DNA of 64,000 bases from a virus, in the IMG/VR virus record IMGVR_UViG_3300027815_000006, positions 1 through 64,000 of that record; one strand, 5' to 3'. Numbering within the stretch: position 1 is the stretch's first letter; every line of letters starts with the position of its first letter. Shown piece by piece: positions 1-9,683 of this stretch. The position numbers were made by a program, and so were the translations under genes. The notes under the pieces are model-generated. The model was not told the DNA's origin, made no database searches, and saw nothing but the letters and a program-made list of their open reading frames with translations.

Positions 1-28
1 CGATTTACCACGAATCCGAGGAACTACG

Positions 29-370
29 TCACGCCGTCTCACCGCCCGTATCCGGGGGCGGAGGATGCGCCGCCTCGAAGGCCGCCGCAGCATCCCGCCG
101 GAGCGTGCTCAGGAGCTCGTCCGCCTTCGGGGCACCGAGGAACAGCGCGAGCACGCTCTCCGCGTCCTCGTAGGGTACCCGAAGGGCCATGGAGCCTTGC
201 GCGATCCGCAGGTGGCTCACCTCGAAGATCGCAGGCTCCCCCGGATCGCAGTCCTCCGCCGAGCCGGAGAAGCGCCCAGAACTGCCGGGCGTATACGCCC
301 CCTCGCAGACAACGTTCGTCGTGCCCGAGGGGGTAGAGATCGGGACCGTGGCGAGATGGTACCTACTCAT
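29..370 (-). CDS. hypothetical protein (~113 aa)
   Basis: ORF 29..421; start moved to ATG 370 because an extended -10 (TGCTACGCT) lies 7 nt upstream. Confidence 0.6.
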   Translation of the reverse strand: MSRYHLATVPISTPSGTTNVVCEGAYTPGSSGRFSGSAEDCDPGEPAIFEVSHLRIAQGSMALRVPYEDAESVLALFLGAPKADELLSTLRRDAAAAFEAAHPPPPDTGGETA

Positions 371-424
371 GGCCATAAGCGTAGCAGTGCGTTTGCTGTG
401 CGCAAGCCATCGGCTGCGCAATTC

Positions 425-438
425 GGACCGTACGGTCC
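425..438. repeat. dispersed palindrome GGACCGTACGGTCC, copy 1 (intergenic; 18-bp perfect at 423-440)
   Basis: read directly from sequence. Confidence 0.97.
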
Positions 439-442
439 GAGG

Positions 443-1009
443 TCAGGCGACCTTCTTACCCGCGACGAACTTCGGGGCTCCGGCCTTCTTGGCGAACTTC
501 TTGGACTTCCCGGCCTTCTTGGAAGCCGCGGCCTTCGCTGCCTTCTTGGCCAGCCACGCGCGGTAGATCTTGTTGTACCACTTCTTGTAGCTCAGGGGGA
601 TCTTGACGATCTTCCCCTTGGTCGCGCCTGTGAGGTCGTCACACTTGCAGACGGTGAAGCCCCCCTTCTTCGAGCAGTCGCAGTCCCAGTGGTCGGTCTG
701 CTTGTTCTTGCCCTTCAGAGGGCCCGGACCGAGGTTGGACTTGCGCTTGAAGGGGTAGTGGGCCTTGGCCTCGGAGAGGAGACCGCCCAGGTCGGAGAGA
801 GGGAGGGGCACGCCGTGTTCCAGGTGCTCCACAACGCTACGGAGGGGATGCCACCCTCCGTGGAGCTGCATCTCAAGCTGGAGCTTCGGCCACGAGGCCG
901 CGCTGTAGGTCTGGGTGTTCGCCCCCTGGAGCGTCACCCGGTGTCTGCACAGGGCCGTGAGCGTGGCTGTCCCGAACGTTCCGCGTACCGCTTGTCCCTC
1001 GAACATCAC
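443..1009 (-). CDS. basic protein with Lys/Ala-rich histone-H1-like C-terminal tail, possible DNA-condensing or internal head protein
   Basis: C-terminus AKKAAKAAASKKAGKSKKFAKKAGAPKFVAGKKVA; WDCDC..CKC motif; AGGAGG SD; strong GC3. Confidence 0.7.
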   Translation of the reverse strand: MMFEGQAVRGTFGTATLTALCRHRVTLQGANTQTYSAASWPKLQLEMQLHGGWHPLRSVVEHLEHGVPLPLSDLGGLLSEAKAHYPFKRKSNLGPGPLKGKNKQTDHWDCDCSKKGGFTVCKCDDLTGATKGKIVKIPLSYKKWYNKIYRAWLAKKAAKAAASKKAGKSKKFAKKAGAPKFVAGKKVA

Positions 1010-1185
1010 GCGCCTCCTGGTGCGGCGTTGTCAAAGTCCCACTGAAGCACTCGGTAGAGTACCTCAACACTGGCCTCGTAGGTGGGATCCTTGCGACAAA
1101 GCTGCTGAAAGGTCTGCGCCGCCGTCCGACCCTGCACCACAAAAGGTACCCGCACGCCCTCGGACAGCCGGACACCTACAAGCAT
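1006..1185 (-). CDS. possible small hypothetical protein (MLVGVRLSEG...WDFDNAAPGGA)
   Basis: 3' end of ORF 1006..2076 looks protein-like; stop overlaps next start (GTGA). Confidence 0.35.
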   Translation of the reverse strand: MLVGVRLSEGVRVPFVVQGRTAAQTFQQLCRKDPTYEASVEVLYRVLQWDFDNAAPGGA

Positions 1186-1330
1186 CCCCGGGCGAATCGA
1201 CGCCAGAACCTTCCCAGCCCCGAAAAGAGCCTGAGCCCTAGCCCAGGATAGCTCCTCCGCGGGCCCCGTCGGATTACCGAGGCGCCCGCGGCGGAGGGCT
1301 GTGGTTTGGAGGACGAGGCGAGACACCTTC

Positions 1331-1344
1331 GGACCGTACGGTCC
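1331..1344. repeat. dispersed palindrome copy 2 (abuts stop codon of 1344..1694)
   Basis: read directly. Confidence 0.97.
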
Positions 1345-1694
1345 TAGAAGGTGCCCATGAGGCTGTCGGAGACGTCGGCCTGCGCCGCACCCGCGAAGGC
1401 CACGGTGACCTTCTTGGCCTGGATCATCTGCTGCCACTGGATCCTGACCGGCAGGGGGCTGTAGGGCGTCTTCGAGCGCAGGAGGTCGCCCGCGTGGATG
1501 GGCAGGGCCGCGCTCACCGCCGCCGCGGCCATCTCCGCGACGTGCTCGAAGGGGAAGGGCAGGGGGTTGTTCCTGGAGCCGCCCGTCGCCGTGATGCCCG
1601 CGATGGAGTCCACCACCGAGCTCGGCATCGTGGTGAGCTTCTGAACGTCGTTGAGCTTGCCGCCCGAGGTGTTCGTGATCTGCATGGTGGACAT
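1344..1694 (-). CDS. hypothetical protein, possibly virion structural
   Basis: GGAGG SD; very high GC3; N-terminus MQITNTS resembles that of 26801..27412. Confidence 0.7.
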   Translation of the reverse strand: MSTMQITNTSGGKLNDVQKLTTMPSSVVDSIAGITATGGSRNNPLPFPFEHVAEMAAAAVSAALPIHAGDLLRSKTPYSPLPVRIQWQQMIQAKKVTVAFAGAAQADVSDSLMGTF

Positions 1695-1805
1695 GGAGAG
1701 CCTCCGTGAGAGTCCAGTCTACCCACGCAACGCCCGCGGGGTCAAGAGGAAGGAACCCCACACGCCGCGGTTGTGCCACCCTCGGAACTGCGGTACGCAT
1801 GAGGA

Positions 1806-2432
1806 ATGACACCCCAGACCTCTCCCGCGCGCGAGTCCGTCTTCCGGCAGGTGCTCCCGGTGCTCCTGGTTCTCCTCTTCGGCGTCCTCGCCATCCTTCT
1901 CGGGAGGCTCCTGGTGAAGCCTCCGAGTCAGCACGACCCCGCGCGATACGGCACGGTGGTGGTGACCTTCCGCGGGTGGAGCCCTGCGGAGGTCCAGGCG
2001 CTCCTTCCGGAATTGGAGCGCTTGGAGGCGCTGGGACCGGCCTTCGTGCTCGACACCGCGGGAGGATCTCGCACAACGGGCGAGGCCATCGTGGTGCGCC
2101 GGGGTACGGGAGACTGTGCGGGAGGGGCTGGGTTTCACGACGTGGGCTCTCGCAGCGTCACCCTGAAGCCGCACTGTGTCTCCGCGCGGGAGCTCCAGAG
2201 CATTCTCGGACACGAGCTGGGGCACGCGCTGGGGATGGGGCATGTGTGCCGGAGCGCCGGAGAGAGCGCCCGCTTCGAGTGCTCCCCCGTGGGCTTCGAG
2301 CGCCGGGCCTTGATGAACCCCACGGTCTACACAGACCGCAACATGGGAGCGGGAAGCGCCCTCACCCCGAGCGATCCGGTGCTCACCCCCGGAGAAAAGG
2401 ATCTGGCGGAGTTCCGCCGCGCGCATCCGTAG
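1806..2432 (+). CDS. membrane-anchored metzincin (matrixin/M10-like) zinc metalloprotease
   Basis: HELGHALGMGH = HExxHxxGxxH; Met-turn ALMNP; N-terminal hydrophobic helix. Confidence 0.85.
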   Translation: MTPQTSPARESVFRQVLPVLLVLLFGVLAILLGRLLVKPPSQHDPARYGTVVVTFRGWSPAEVQALLPELERLEALGPAFVLDTAGGSRTTGEAIVVRRGTGDCAGGAGFHDVGSRSVTLKPHCVSARELQSILGHELGHALGMGHVCRSAGESARFECSPVGFERRALMNPTVYTDRNMGAGSALTPSDPVLTPGEKDLAEFRRAHP

Positions 2433-2473
2433 TACGCGATAGCGCGTGCGATCTGCGTCCCTACCCTACGCCC

Positions 2474-3271
2474 ATGCTCCTCAAGGTCACCAACAGGTGC
2501 GGCGCGGGGTGCTCGCACTGCATGGAGGACTCCACGCCTGCTGGCGCCCACATGAGCCTGGACACCTTCGAGGCTGCGCTGGACTTCACAGCCAGGACGG
2601 AGGGGATCGCGTGGCGCACGGGCATCCCACCCCGCATCCTCTTGTCCGGCGGAGAGTGCACCGAGCACCCCGAGATCGTCGCCTTCGTGGAGCGTGTACG
2701 CGCCCGAGGGTTCCTCCCCATGCTCCTGTCCAACGGGCACTTCCTCGCAGACAACGCGCTACGCGATGCGCTCCTGCGCCCCGAGTGGCCCGAGATCCTC
2801 GTACAGGTGACCTACGACCCGCGCTTCTACCCGAAGCGTCCGACACAGCGCGTCAACGACCCGCGCATCGTGTACGTGGACGCGCTCACCGTCCTTCTCC
2901 CCCTGGGACGACAGGCCCGGAAGACAGGGAGGCCCCCGCTCCCCTTTCGGAAAGGCCCGTCCAGTTTCAACCTGCGCTCCTTAGCCCAGCACACCCGGAG
3001 CTTTTCCCTCGCCGTGTGCGCGCTGCGCCTGCGCGCCGCCACGGGTTCGGGTGGGAGCTGTACGCCCTCCGTATCCCAGGACGGCTCCGTGGTCGCGGGA
3101 GAGTCCAACCTCTGCTTCCGCCTCGGCACCGTGTGGGACTCCGAGGAAACCCTCACCGCCGCCATCCTGACCATGGGAAGCTGCAACCGCTGCGGCCTGG
3201 AAACGAACCTCTCCCCAGAACAACGGCGAGCCCTTGACAATCCCAAACACGCTGCTATGATAGGGGCATGA
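2474..3271 (+). CDS. radical SAM protein with C-terminal Cys-rich (SPASM/Twitch-like) region
   Basis: VTNRCGAGCSHC (CxxxCxxC), LSGGE, LSNG, C-terminal CTPSV..DG..NLC..CNRC; start at ATG 2474. Confidence 0.85.
   Translation: MLLKVTNRCGAGCSHCMEDSTPAGAHMSLDTFEAALDFTARTEGIAWRTGIPPRILLSGGECTEHPEIVAFVERVRARGFLPMLLSNGHFLADNALRDALLRPEWPEILVQVTYDPRFYPKRPTQRVNDPRIVYVDALTVLLPLGRQARKTGRPPLPFRKGPSSFNLRSLAQHTRSFSLAVCALRLRAATGSGGSCTPSVSQDGSVVAGESNLCFRLGTVWDSEETLTAAILTMGSCNRCGLETNLSPEQRRALDNPKHAAMIGA
3234..3261 (+). promoter_or_regulatory. sigma70-type promoter TTGACA-N16-TATGAT with TG extension; leaderless start at 3268
   Basis: consensus hexamers; ATG 6 nt after -10. Confidence 0.7.
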
Positions 3272-3657
3272 GCACAGCCACAGCTCTTCAGGAAGAGGTC
3301 TTCTGCACGGCCTGCCTGGGATCCCACGACCCCACGGTCTGCGCGCAGTGCAAGGGCCGCAGAATCGTGCGGGTCCCGGTCCCGGTGGGGGAGGTGACCC
3401 GCCACTGCATCCTGCGGGACGAGGATGATGTCCGGGTGGAATGCCACACGGGCACGTTCACCCCGGCGTTCCTGGTAGGAGGGCGTGTCGTGGGGGTGGA
3501 GTTCTCCTACAGGAGGGATCCGGGCTACACAGTCACGGTGTCCCCGATGGACACCTTCGAGCGCCGAGAGGACGCGGTGAAGGTGGCGGTACTCGGCTGC
3601 CGTCACAAGATCGACGCGCTCCTGGCTACCGTCGCCCAGCTCGAAGCGGGACAGTAG
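3268..3657 (+). CDS. hypothetical protein with N-terminal CxxC..CxxC zinc ribbon
   Basis: CTACLG...CAQCKG; ATGA overlap with radical SAM stop. Confidence 0.75.
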   Translation: MSTATALQEEVFCTACLGSHDPTVCAQCKGRRIVRVPVPVGEVTRHCILRDEDDVRVECHTGTFTPAFLVGGRVVGVEFSYRRDPGYTVTVSPMDTFERREDAVKVAVLGCRHKIDALLATVAQLEAGQ

Positions 3658-3674
3658 CCCCACAGGAGGTTCAC

Positions 3675-3878
3675 ATGGACGCCTTTCGTGTGCTTCTCGA
3701 TAACTGCGGCGTGGGCGGGATCCACTGCACCTGTTGCAGCCCCGCACGTCCCGGCTGCAACGGTGCTGGAGGCCGCGCCCGCCGTGCCCGCGCATCCCGC
3801 CGTTGGACCCGCCTCGCCCGCCGCCGTCTCGCCGCAGCGCTTCGCCGCGACCTCGCCCGCGACGCCTTCGCGGTGTGA
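3675..3878 (+). CDS. small Cys/Arg-rich protein (67 aa, GVGGIHCTCC)
   Basis: AGGAGG SD before ATG 3675; fills gap before convergent gene. Confidence 0.7.
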   Translation: MDAFRVLLDNCGVGGIHCTCCSPARPGCNGAGGRARRARASRRWTRLARRRLAAALRRDLARDAFAV

Positions 3879-3880
3879 TC

Positions 3881-3894
3881 GGACCGTACGGTCC
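3881..3894. repeat. dispersed palindrome copy 3 (fills gap between convergent stops; 18-bp perfect)
   Basis: read directly. Confidence 0.97.
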
Positions 3895-3897
3895 GAC

Positions 3898-4305
3898 TCA
3901 CGTCCCGGCGAAGTACACCTGCACATACATCTCCACCGTCGCGCTCGGGTTCGAGACGTACACCGCGGTGATGGGGGAGGTGACGAGGAGGACAGCCTCG
4001 GACTGACTGCCGATGGGGCGTACGTCGATGGCGGTGTTCCCGGTGGCGTTGAGCTTCACGTTGAGGGGGGTGGGTGCGAGGGTGGGATCCACCGAGTAGA
4101 CGCGCATGAACATGAAGCGCGCGTTGCCTACCTGGGAAGGCTGAATGGCCACATCCGTCGCCAGCGGCGCGATCTTGATCTTGACGCTCCCGGCCTCGAT
4201 GAGGCTGTCGTCCAGGATCGCCGTACTGGCGTTGGCGATGTCCTTCTCCTCGTTGGTGCTGGACGAGATGGACACCTGCGTCGCGTACCTGACTCGAATG
4301 CCCAT
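3898..4305 (-). CDS. hypothetical beta-rich structural protein at end of tail-fibre operon
   Basis: ORF with GGGAG SD; position after fibre gene. Confidence 0.7.
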   Translation of the reverse strand: MGIRVRYATQVSISSSTNEEKDIANASTAILDDSLIEAGSVKIKIAPLATDVAIQPSQVGNARFMFMRVYSVDPTLAPTPLNVKLNATGNTAIDVRPIGSQSEAVLLVTSPITAVYVSNPSATVEMYVQVYFAGT

Positions 4306-4317
4306 GGCGTGCTCCCG

Positions 4318-6702
4318 TCAGCTCTGCTTCCCGAAGACCACGAAGAAGAAACTCTCCGCCACGGTAGCGAGGTCAACCTGCACCCCTGCCGCGTCCCACA
4401 CCTTCACGGAGAACCCCGTACCCGCGGAAATCGTCGCCGTCGCCATGCGCGCCGCAAGGTTGAGCGGGGTGATGAGCGGCGCGAAGTTGGCGTCCGCCAT
4501 TCCGTTCACGAAGGTCACGCTCACCGTACCTCCCCCCGCAACCGTGGCTGACGCGATGTTGAAGCCGTCTACGATGGTCACCGCGCCAGGGCCCGCGCCA
4601 GTAGACGCCAAACGCCCCCACGCCTTCGGTACGTTGGATGCGTAGAGCGTGTTGCCGAGCTGTCCCCCATCGACGGGCGTGGGATTGCTCACCGCCGTAA
4701 CCGCGTTGAAGGAGAGCGGAGCGTCCCGGGACTGAAGCGCGGAGTTCGCGCCGCGCAGGACGGTGAACATATCCACCCAGGCGGCCTCCGCCCAGGAAGC
4801 CCCTCCGGGCCCGTACTGCACCTTCATCCGGTCCAGGAGGAGAACGAACCGGAACGCCGCGACGCCCGCATTGTCCGGCACCCAGTTGGTCCCGTCCCAG
4901 CGTGCGTTGATAGTCGTCTCCGAGCCTCGGGCGCTCCCGGCCTCGGGCGCGACGTAGGACCGTACGGTCCCGTCCCCGGAGGCATCCACAGCGTGCGTGT
5001 GCCCCGTGCGCATCGCCGCCACGGCATCGAAGAGGAATCGAGGCGTAGCCGCGAGCGCGGCGCTGGCGGCGAGTGCGGGGTTGTACCCCACGGTGAGCGC
5101 CCCGGACACCGCCGCGGCCAGCTCCCCAACCTGAAGATCGAGCACGGACCACAGATTGTCCGCCCAGGTCCCGTTGGCCGCAGCATCGCGGCTGCGATAC
5201 TGAAGGTACCCCGGAGTGCCCGCCCCGAGCGCGAGCATGTACGCCGCCTCGCCGTTCACATCCTTGGTCCACTGCACCGAGGCGTCCGAGAAGGCGTTGA
5301 GCGTGACGCGCAGCTCTGCGTGCGCTGGGGAGTTGTCCGCGATGTAGTACACCCGGAGGTGCTGACGCCCGACGCCCACCGTCTCCAAGAGGAGCGTGGG
5401 GGTACCTACGGTGGTGCGGACGGAGGGAGCAAGTCGCGCGAAGTTCACCGCGTCGGCGGCGGAGGTCATCCCGCTTCCGGAGAGAAGTCGCCCCGTAGAA
5501 CGGAGCGATGCGAAGACGGTGCCCAGTCTGTCCAGAAGCTCCAGGACCGTCTCCCCGGCCTGGGTGGTAACCTGCGCCCTGGGGGAGGAGACCGCATCCG
5601 CCCCCGTCGCGTCCACGAAGTCGAGCTGGTGCGTGGCCAGAGGAGCGTCCCCCGAGGTCCCCAGGGGCTCGTCCACCTGGAAGCGCCGCAGTTGCAGAAG
5701 ACGAAGGGAGTTCACCACCAAGGCCAGCCCCGCCGCGCCGAAATCGAGGCCGGTGTACACCAGCGCGACCTTCCAGAGCCGCGCGGCTGTCGCGGGAGGC
5801 GCGAAGGCTCCCGTGAGGGTGCGCGTGGACGCATCGGGGGCAGTGAGGTCCACGGTGAGGGTGGAGGTAGCGCCCACGTCTACCCCCGCAGCGTCCTTCC
5901 AGTGCAGCCGCAGGATGAAGGTACCCGCGGTGGCAGCCTGGATCGCCTTGAGCTTGAGCTCGTAGACGATCTGGAGCGCCTGCGAGATCGGCGCCCCCAC
6001 GCGCTGCTCGACCAGTCCGGTGCTCGCCGCCGCGGCGCGGGTGAAGCCGAGGTACTGGGCCTGCCCGGTGAGGAGGTGCGCCCCTGTGGTCCCCGGCGCC
6101 ACCGCCATGTCCCCCGCGGACTGAGAGCGCGCCCAGAAACGGGAGGACTGCTCGAAGGTCGGGTTCTTCGTGAGGAGCCGGAGACCCTGGAGTCCTTCAG
6201 GGGCTCGTTCGGCGGGGTAGGTGCGCTGCGCGTAGGAGAGCTGCGCGCTCGTAATCACGCCGCCCACAGGCACCGTGATCGTCCCGAGGACCACCAAGTA
6301 GGGCTTGTCCGCCGAGGCGTCGTACTGCGCCTGGGTGTAGACCCGCAGCTCCGCCGTGGTCACCGCACCGACGGAGTAGGTGGCGTACAAACAGAGCACC
6401 ACCGTCGTCCCGTCGTAGGAGACGGGAATCACCAGGGTGGAGGTGGCGAGGCGCCGGATGGTGATGAGGTACCCGTTGGAGGTCTGGTAGAGCGCTGTGG
6501 ATGCCCCCTCGGACCCTACGGTCACGTCCACCGTGTAGGGCGCCGCGTTCGCCGCGAGGAGGAGCCCCTGGTAGACCCCCGGAGCGAGGATCCCCACGTC
6601 CCGGCGGTTCAGGGCCTCGGTGACGAAGGTCTCCTGGAAGTTGATCGCACGCTCGGCAGTGCCGTAGGTAGAGAGCGTGGTCGGTGTGGCGGGCGGGGGC
6701 AT
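4318..6702 (-). CDS. tail fibre / receptor-binding protein
   Basis: 794 aa, Ala/Gly/Thr-rich; two similar internal modules (T-x-NA...W..D..G.AA); follows collar/baseplate genes. Confidence 0.65.
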   Translation of the reverse strand: MPPPATPTTLSTYGTAERAINFQETFVTEALNRRDVGILAPGVYQGLLLAANAAPYTVDVTVGSEGASTALYQTSNGYLITIRRLATSTLVIPVSYDGTTVVLCLYATYSVGAVTTAELRVYTQAQYDASADKPYLVVLGTITVPVGGVITSAQLSYAQRTYPAERAPEGLQGLRLLTKNPTFEQSSRFWARSQSAGDMAVAPGTTGAHLLTGQAQYLGFTRAAAASTGLVEQRVGAPISQALQIVYELKLKAIQAATAGTFILRLHWKDAAGVDVGATSTLTVDLTAPDASTRTLTGAFAPPATAARLWKVALVYTGLDFGAAGLALVVNSLRLLQLRRFQVDEPLGTSGDAPLATHQLDFVDATGADAVSSPRAQVTTQAGETVLELLDRLGTVFASLRSTGRLLSGSGMTSAADAVNFARLAPSVRTTVGTPTLLLETVGVGRQHLRVYYIADNSPAHAELRVTLNAFSDASVQWTKDVNGEAAYMLALGAGTPGYLQYRSRDAAANGTWADNLWSVLDLQVGELAAAVSGALTVGYNPALAASAALAATPRFLFDAVAAMRTGHTHAVDASGDGTVRSYVAPEAGSARGSETTINARWDGTNWVPDNAGVAAFRFVLLLDRMKVQYGPGGASWAEAAWVDMFTVLRGANSALQSRDAPLSFNAVTAVSNPTPVDGGQLGNTLYASNVPKAWGRLASTGAGPGAVTIVDGFNIASATVAGGGTVSVTFVNGMADANFAPLITPLNLAARMATATISAGTGFSVKVWDAAGVQVDLATVAESFFFVVFGKQS
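4957..4970. repeat. dispersed palindrome copy 4 (in frame, GTVRS)
   Basis: read directly. Confidence 0.97.
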
Positions 6703-6710
6703 CGGATCTC

Positions 6711-7295
6711 CTAGAACACCAAGAGCATGTTGAACTCACGCGCCGAGGCGGCGGTTTTTGGAACGGCCTCCGTGAGCGTACCATAGGCCCAGAGGAGCGC
6801 CTCGCCCGCGACCGTGGGGTGATCCCCGAAGACCCCGACCTCCCAGATTTCAGGACTCCGCCCGCTCCCCGCCGAGTCCTCGTTGAACTCCGCAGCCTCC
6901 AGACGGCACCGGATGTTCAGTCTGGAGGGCGCGACGAAGGAGAAGTCCCCGGAGGTGAGCGCCTTCTGGAAGTTCCCACGGGAGTAGGCCGCGTTCAGCG
7001 GGTTGCCCTCGTAGCGCTCAGGCTGTCCGGCGGCGAGGCGTGTCGTGTCCACCCGGGCGTCGATGTCCTGCACGCTGTTGTCGAAGCGCCGGAGGTTGGA
7101 GACGGGGAGGCGCTGCACCTTGGAGATCCCCGAGAGCTGCCAACCCCCCTCACCCACACGGAAAAACTTGATCCGCGGATCCCACGTCGAGGACCCGAGA
7201 ACCGTCGGGGTGCCCGGAACGTACGGAATCCCCCCGAGGAGCCGCGGAAGATAGATCCGCGCATCGTCCGTGATCTTGGCGAGGAGAAATGCCAT
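6711..7295 (-). CDS. tail collar / fibre-attachment protein
   Basis: FRVGEGG...EIWEVGVF...WAYGT...PKT pattern typical of tail-collar fibre proteins. Confidence 0.6.
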   Translation of the reverse strand: MAFLLAKITDDARIYLPRLLGGIPYVPGTPTVLGSSTWDPRIKFFRVGEGGWQLSGISKVQRLPVSNLRRFDNSVQDIDARVDTTRLAAGQPERYEGNPLNAAYSRGNFQKALTSGDFSFVAPSRLNIRCRLEAAEFNEDSAGSGRSPEIWEVGVFGDHPTVAGEALLWAYGTLTEAVPKTAASAREFNMLLVF

Positions 7296-7299
7296 GTCG

Positions 7300-9681
7300 T
7301 CAGCTCACCACCTCTAGCAGAGCTTCCCACGCGGTGTCCGCGGGGAGAAGGTCACCGGGAACGTCATCATAGTAGGCCGTGAAGGGCGCGTACAGCACAG
7401 GGATCGCCGGACCCTCCAGATACGCCTCCAACCCCGCGGAATCCCCGAAAAATGCCTCGAAGGTAGCCTCCAGAAGCACCAGGAGCCGCACGTGGATCGG
7501 GATGACCTCCTGGATCCGACGCAGAAGCCGCGGGACACGCTCGCCGCTCCCCACGGCAAGCTCCCCCAGATGCAGCGTCAGAAGCACGACGGCTACGGGC
7601 GCGAAGTACGAGACGGGGTTCAGGGGCGCGGTGTAGGTCAGGGTGCCCATACCCGCCGCAGGAGCAGTTGCAGCCCAGACCTCGACGGTCCACTCCCGGG
7701 GAGGCACCGAGATCACCAGGAGCGGTACCGTCTCCAGCCAGTAGGTCACGCCCCCCTTCACGAAAGCCCACCCCCCAACACCGCCGACCATCGCGGGTGC
7801 GTTACCACGCAGGCGAAGCCGGTACCTTGAACCAGACAAAAGCGTGCTGGAAAGAAGCTCGGTCGCCACGGAGGCGACGTACGCCGTCTCCCAGGAATAG
7901 GTGTCGAGCGGGGTGCCTGTCTGCAAGAACCACTCGTCCGGCACCACGTCATCGAAACGAGGCGCTGTGGGCTGAAGATCCGTGAACACCTCGGTGACAG
8001 CCCAGTCCCCCGTGAAGGGCACCGTAGGGAGAGCCGCGCGCGTCAGCGCCAGAGATGTCCCGGAGAGAACCTGAAGCTCGTAGAGCCCGTTGGCTTCCGG
8101 AATCGTAGCATTGGACACCCGCAGGAGCTTCGTGCTGTCCGCCCCCTTGAACACCCCCGTGCTCGCCGTGAGGATGAGTCTCCCCGCGCCTGGAGAGAAG
8201 CTCCCCGTCCCCGTGCGACCTGTAGTCACCTCGCGGAACTCGTACCGCCGTGCACTCGGAATCTTCGGGTAGAAATCCGCGCCCACCCGGCACAGCCCGA
8301 GAACGGTGACAGGAAGCCCCGTGAGTGCCCCGATGGTGGCGTACGCCTCCGAGGTGCCCTTCCGGGCCCGCCAGCGACGCAGCCCGTCCGCCCAGCCCCG
8401 CTGATAGGACTCCGCCTCCGTCGGGTCGAAAGGAAGCGCCATGTCTTCCGTGAGGTGCTGGAGCATCGCAGGGGGTCGCACCCGGACACGCGCGTCCGCG
8501 CGCCCGAGAGATGGCGCAGTGCGCAGCTCCCAGAGACACCCCGCTTGGAGCGCCAGCGGGGGCTCCGAGGCGAACACCGTCACCTCCGCCGTGTTCAACC
8601 CGAACACCCGCGTCACCGTGACACTACGCCGCTCCGGTCCGCCCAGTACGGGATAGATCTCCAGGAGACGCCCCACGTCGGCGCTCGTAAGCTGCGCACC
8701 GGGGAGCGTCACCGTCGCCGTCGCCCCGCCGCTCACCGAGGCACCCGTACCCCGCGCCAGAACAACCCCCCGAGGCGAAAGACTCCCCTTCACGCGCACC
8801 CGCGCCCGAGGGCGCTTGGCCCAGTAGACCCCCGTGGCGTTCGCGGGCACGAAGGCCGTAAGCGTCGCGGGGTCCAGGAGCTCTGCCGTGGTCGCCGTGA
8901 GCGCCCCCAGGAGGTACACCCCCTGGACCGTACGGTCCGAAGTACGTACGAAGATGCCTCGCCCGCGGTCCTCCGGCGCGAAGCTCCCGGTGATGTTCAG
9001 GAGCCCCGCGGCAAACGAACCCGTCCCGTCCGCGGGCACAATTCCGTCCTGCTCCCCTGGGTAGAACAGGTCGTACCCGAGGACCTCGTACCCGTTCTCT
9101 CCGTCCTCCAGGAGCCATCCGGGCCGAAGCGCAGACACGTCCCCCTCGGCATCAATGAGGACGCCTTCCCCCTCGCGGCTCGCATAGAGTCCCCACGCCA
9201 CAGGTCCGGCTTCGGGCTGGAGAATCGGATCCGTCACCAGGGTGGTGCCCGACAACACCGCTACCACCCGAAGAAACCCGTGATTTCCTGGCAGAGCCGA
9301 CGTCAACCGCAGGAGACTCCCACGGTCCTTCGCATCGAAGCGTCCCGAGGGCGCTTGGAACGTCCCGAGAGCGATCACCGCCCCATCCGCACCTCTCTGC
9401 TTGAGCTCCCCCGCCTCTGGGGTCGGCTCCCCGAGGAGGAGATACCTGTTCTCCGCGTGGTTGCTTCGCGCCGTGAAGGGATCTCGGAGTGACTCGAAGG
9501 CGTCGATGCGCAGCCGCGTGTCTCGAAGCTCCTCCGCCGTCGCCGTGAGATAGCCGCGAAGTAGCCCGTCCGCGTCGGTGTCCAGGTAGGTCTGCGGGAT
9601 GGTGTTGTGGAGAAGATCCACCTCCGCGGGCCACTCCCCGAAGTGCCCGTCCCCGAAGCTGTAGTCCCCAAACCCAGGCAT
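7300..9681 (-). CDS. baseplate wedge / tail protein (gpI-like core with inserted domains)
   Basis: LLHNTIPQTYLDTD..LRGYL, RKGTSEAY, IQEVIPIHV motifs; baseplate context. Confidence 0.65.
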   Translation of the reverse strand: MPGFGDYSFGDGHFGEWPAEVDLLHNTIPQTYLDTDADGLLRGYLTATAEELRDTRLRIDAFESLRDPFTARSNHAENRYLLLGEPTPEAGELKQRGADGAVIALGTFQAPSGRFDAKDRGSLLRLTSALPGNHGFLRVVAVLSGTTLVTDPILQPEAGPVAWGLYASREGEGVLIDAEGDVSALRPGWLLEDGENGYEVLGYDLFYPGEQDGIVPADGTGSFAAGLLNITGSFAPEDRGRGIFVRTSDRTVQGVYLLGALTATTAELLDPATLTAFVPANATGVYWAKRPRARVRVKGSLSPRGVVLARGTGASVSGGATATVTLPGAQLTSADVGRLLEIYPVLGGPERRSVTVTRVFGLNTAEVTVFASEPPLALQAGCLWELRTAPSLGRADARVRVRPPAMLQHLTEDMALPFDPTEAESYQRGWADGLRRWRARKGTSEAYATIGALTGLPVTVLGLCRVGADFYPKIPSARRYEFREVTTGRTGTGSFSPGAGRLILTASTGVFKGADSTKLLRVSNATIPEANGLYELQVLSGTSLALTRAALPTVPFTGDWAVTEVFTDLQPTAPRFDDVVPDEWFLQTGTPLDTYSWETAYVASVATELLSSTLLSGSRYRLRLRGNAPAMVGGVGGWAFVKGGVTYWLETVPLLVISVPPREWTVEVWAATAPAAGMGTLTYTAPLNPVSYFAPVAVVLLTLHLGELAVGSGERVPRLLRRIQEVIPIHVRLLVLLEATFEAFFGDSAGLEAYLEGPAIPVLYAPFTAYYDDVPGDLLPADTAWEALLEVVS
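8925..8938. repeat. dispersed palindrome copy 5 (in frame, SDRTVQ)
   Basis: read directly. Confidence 0.97.
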
Positions 9682-9683
9682 CG

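Noticed and set aside
1257-1291. GC-rich imperfect hairpin in intergenic DNA
   Set aside because: Plausible terminator or chance structure in GC-rich DNA; no evidence for an ncRNA.
1706-2473. N-terminal 256 aa of ORF 1706..3271
   Set aside because: Overlaps the metzincin gene in another frame; the radical SAM domain starts at 2474.
6511-6524. Near-match GGACCCTACGGTCA
   Set aside because: Two mismatches; could be a decayed site but not counted.
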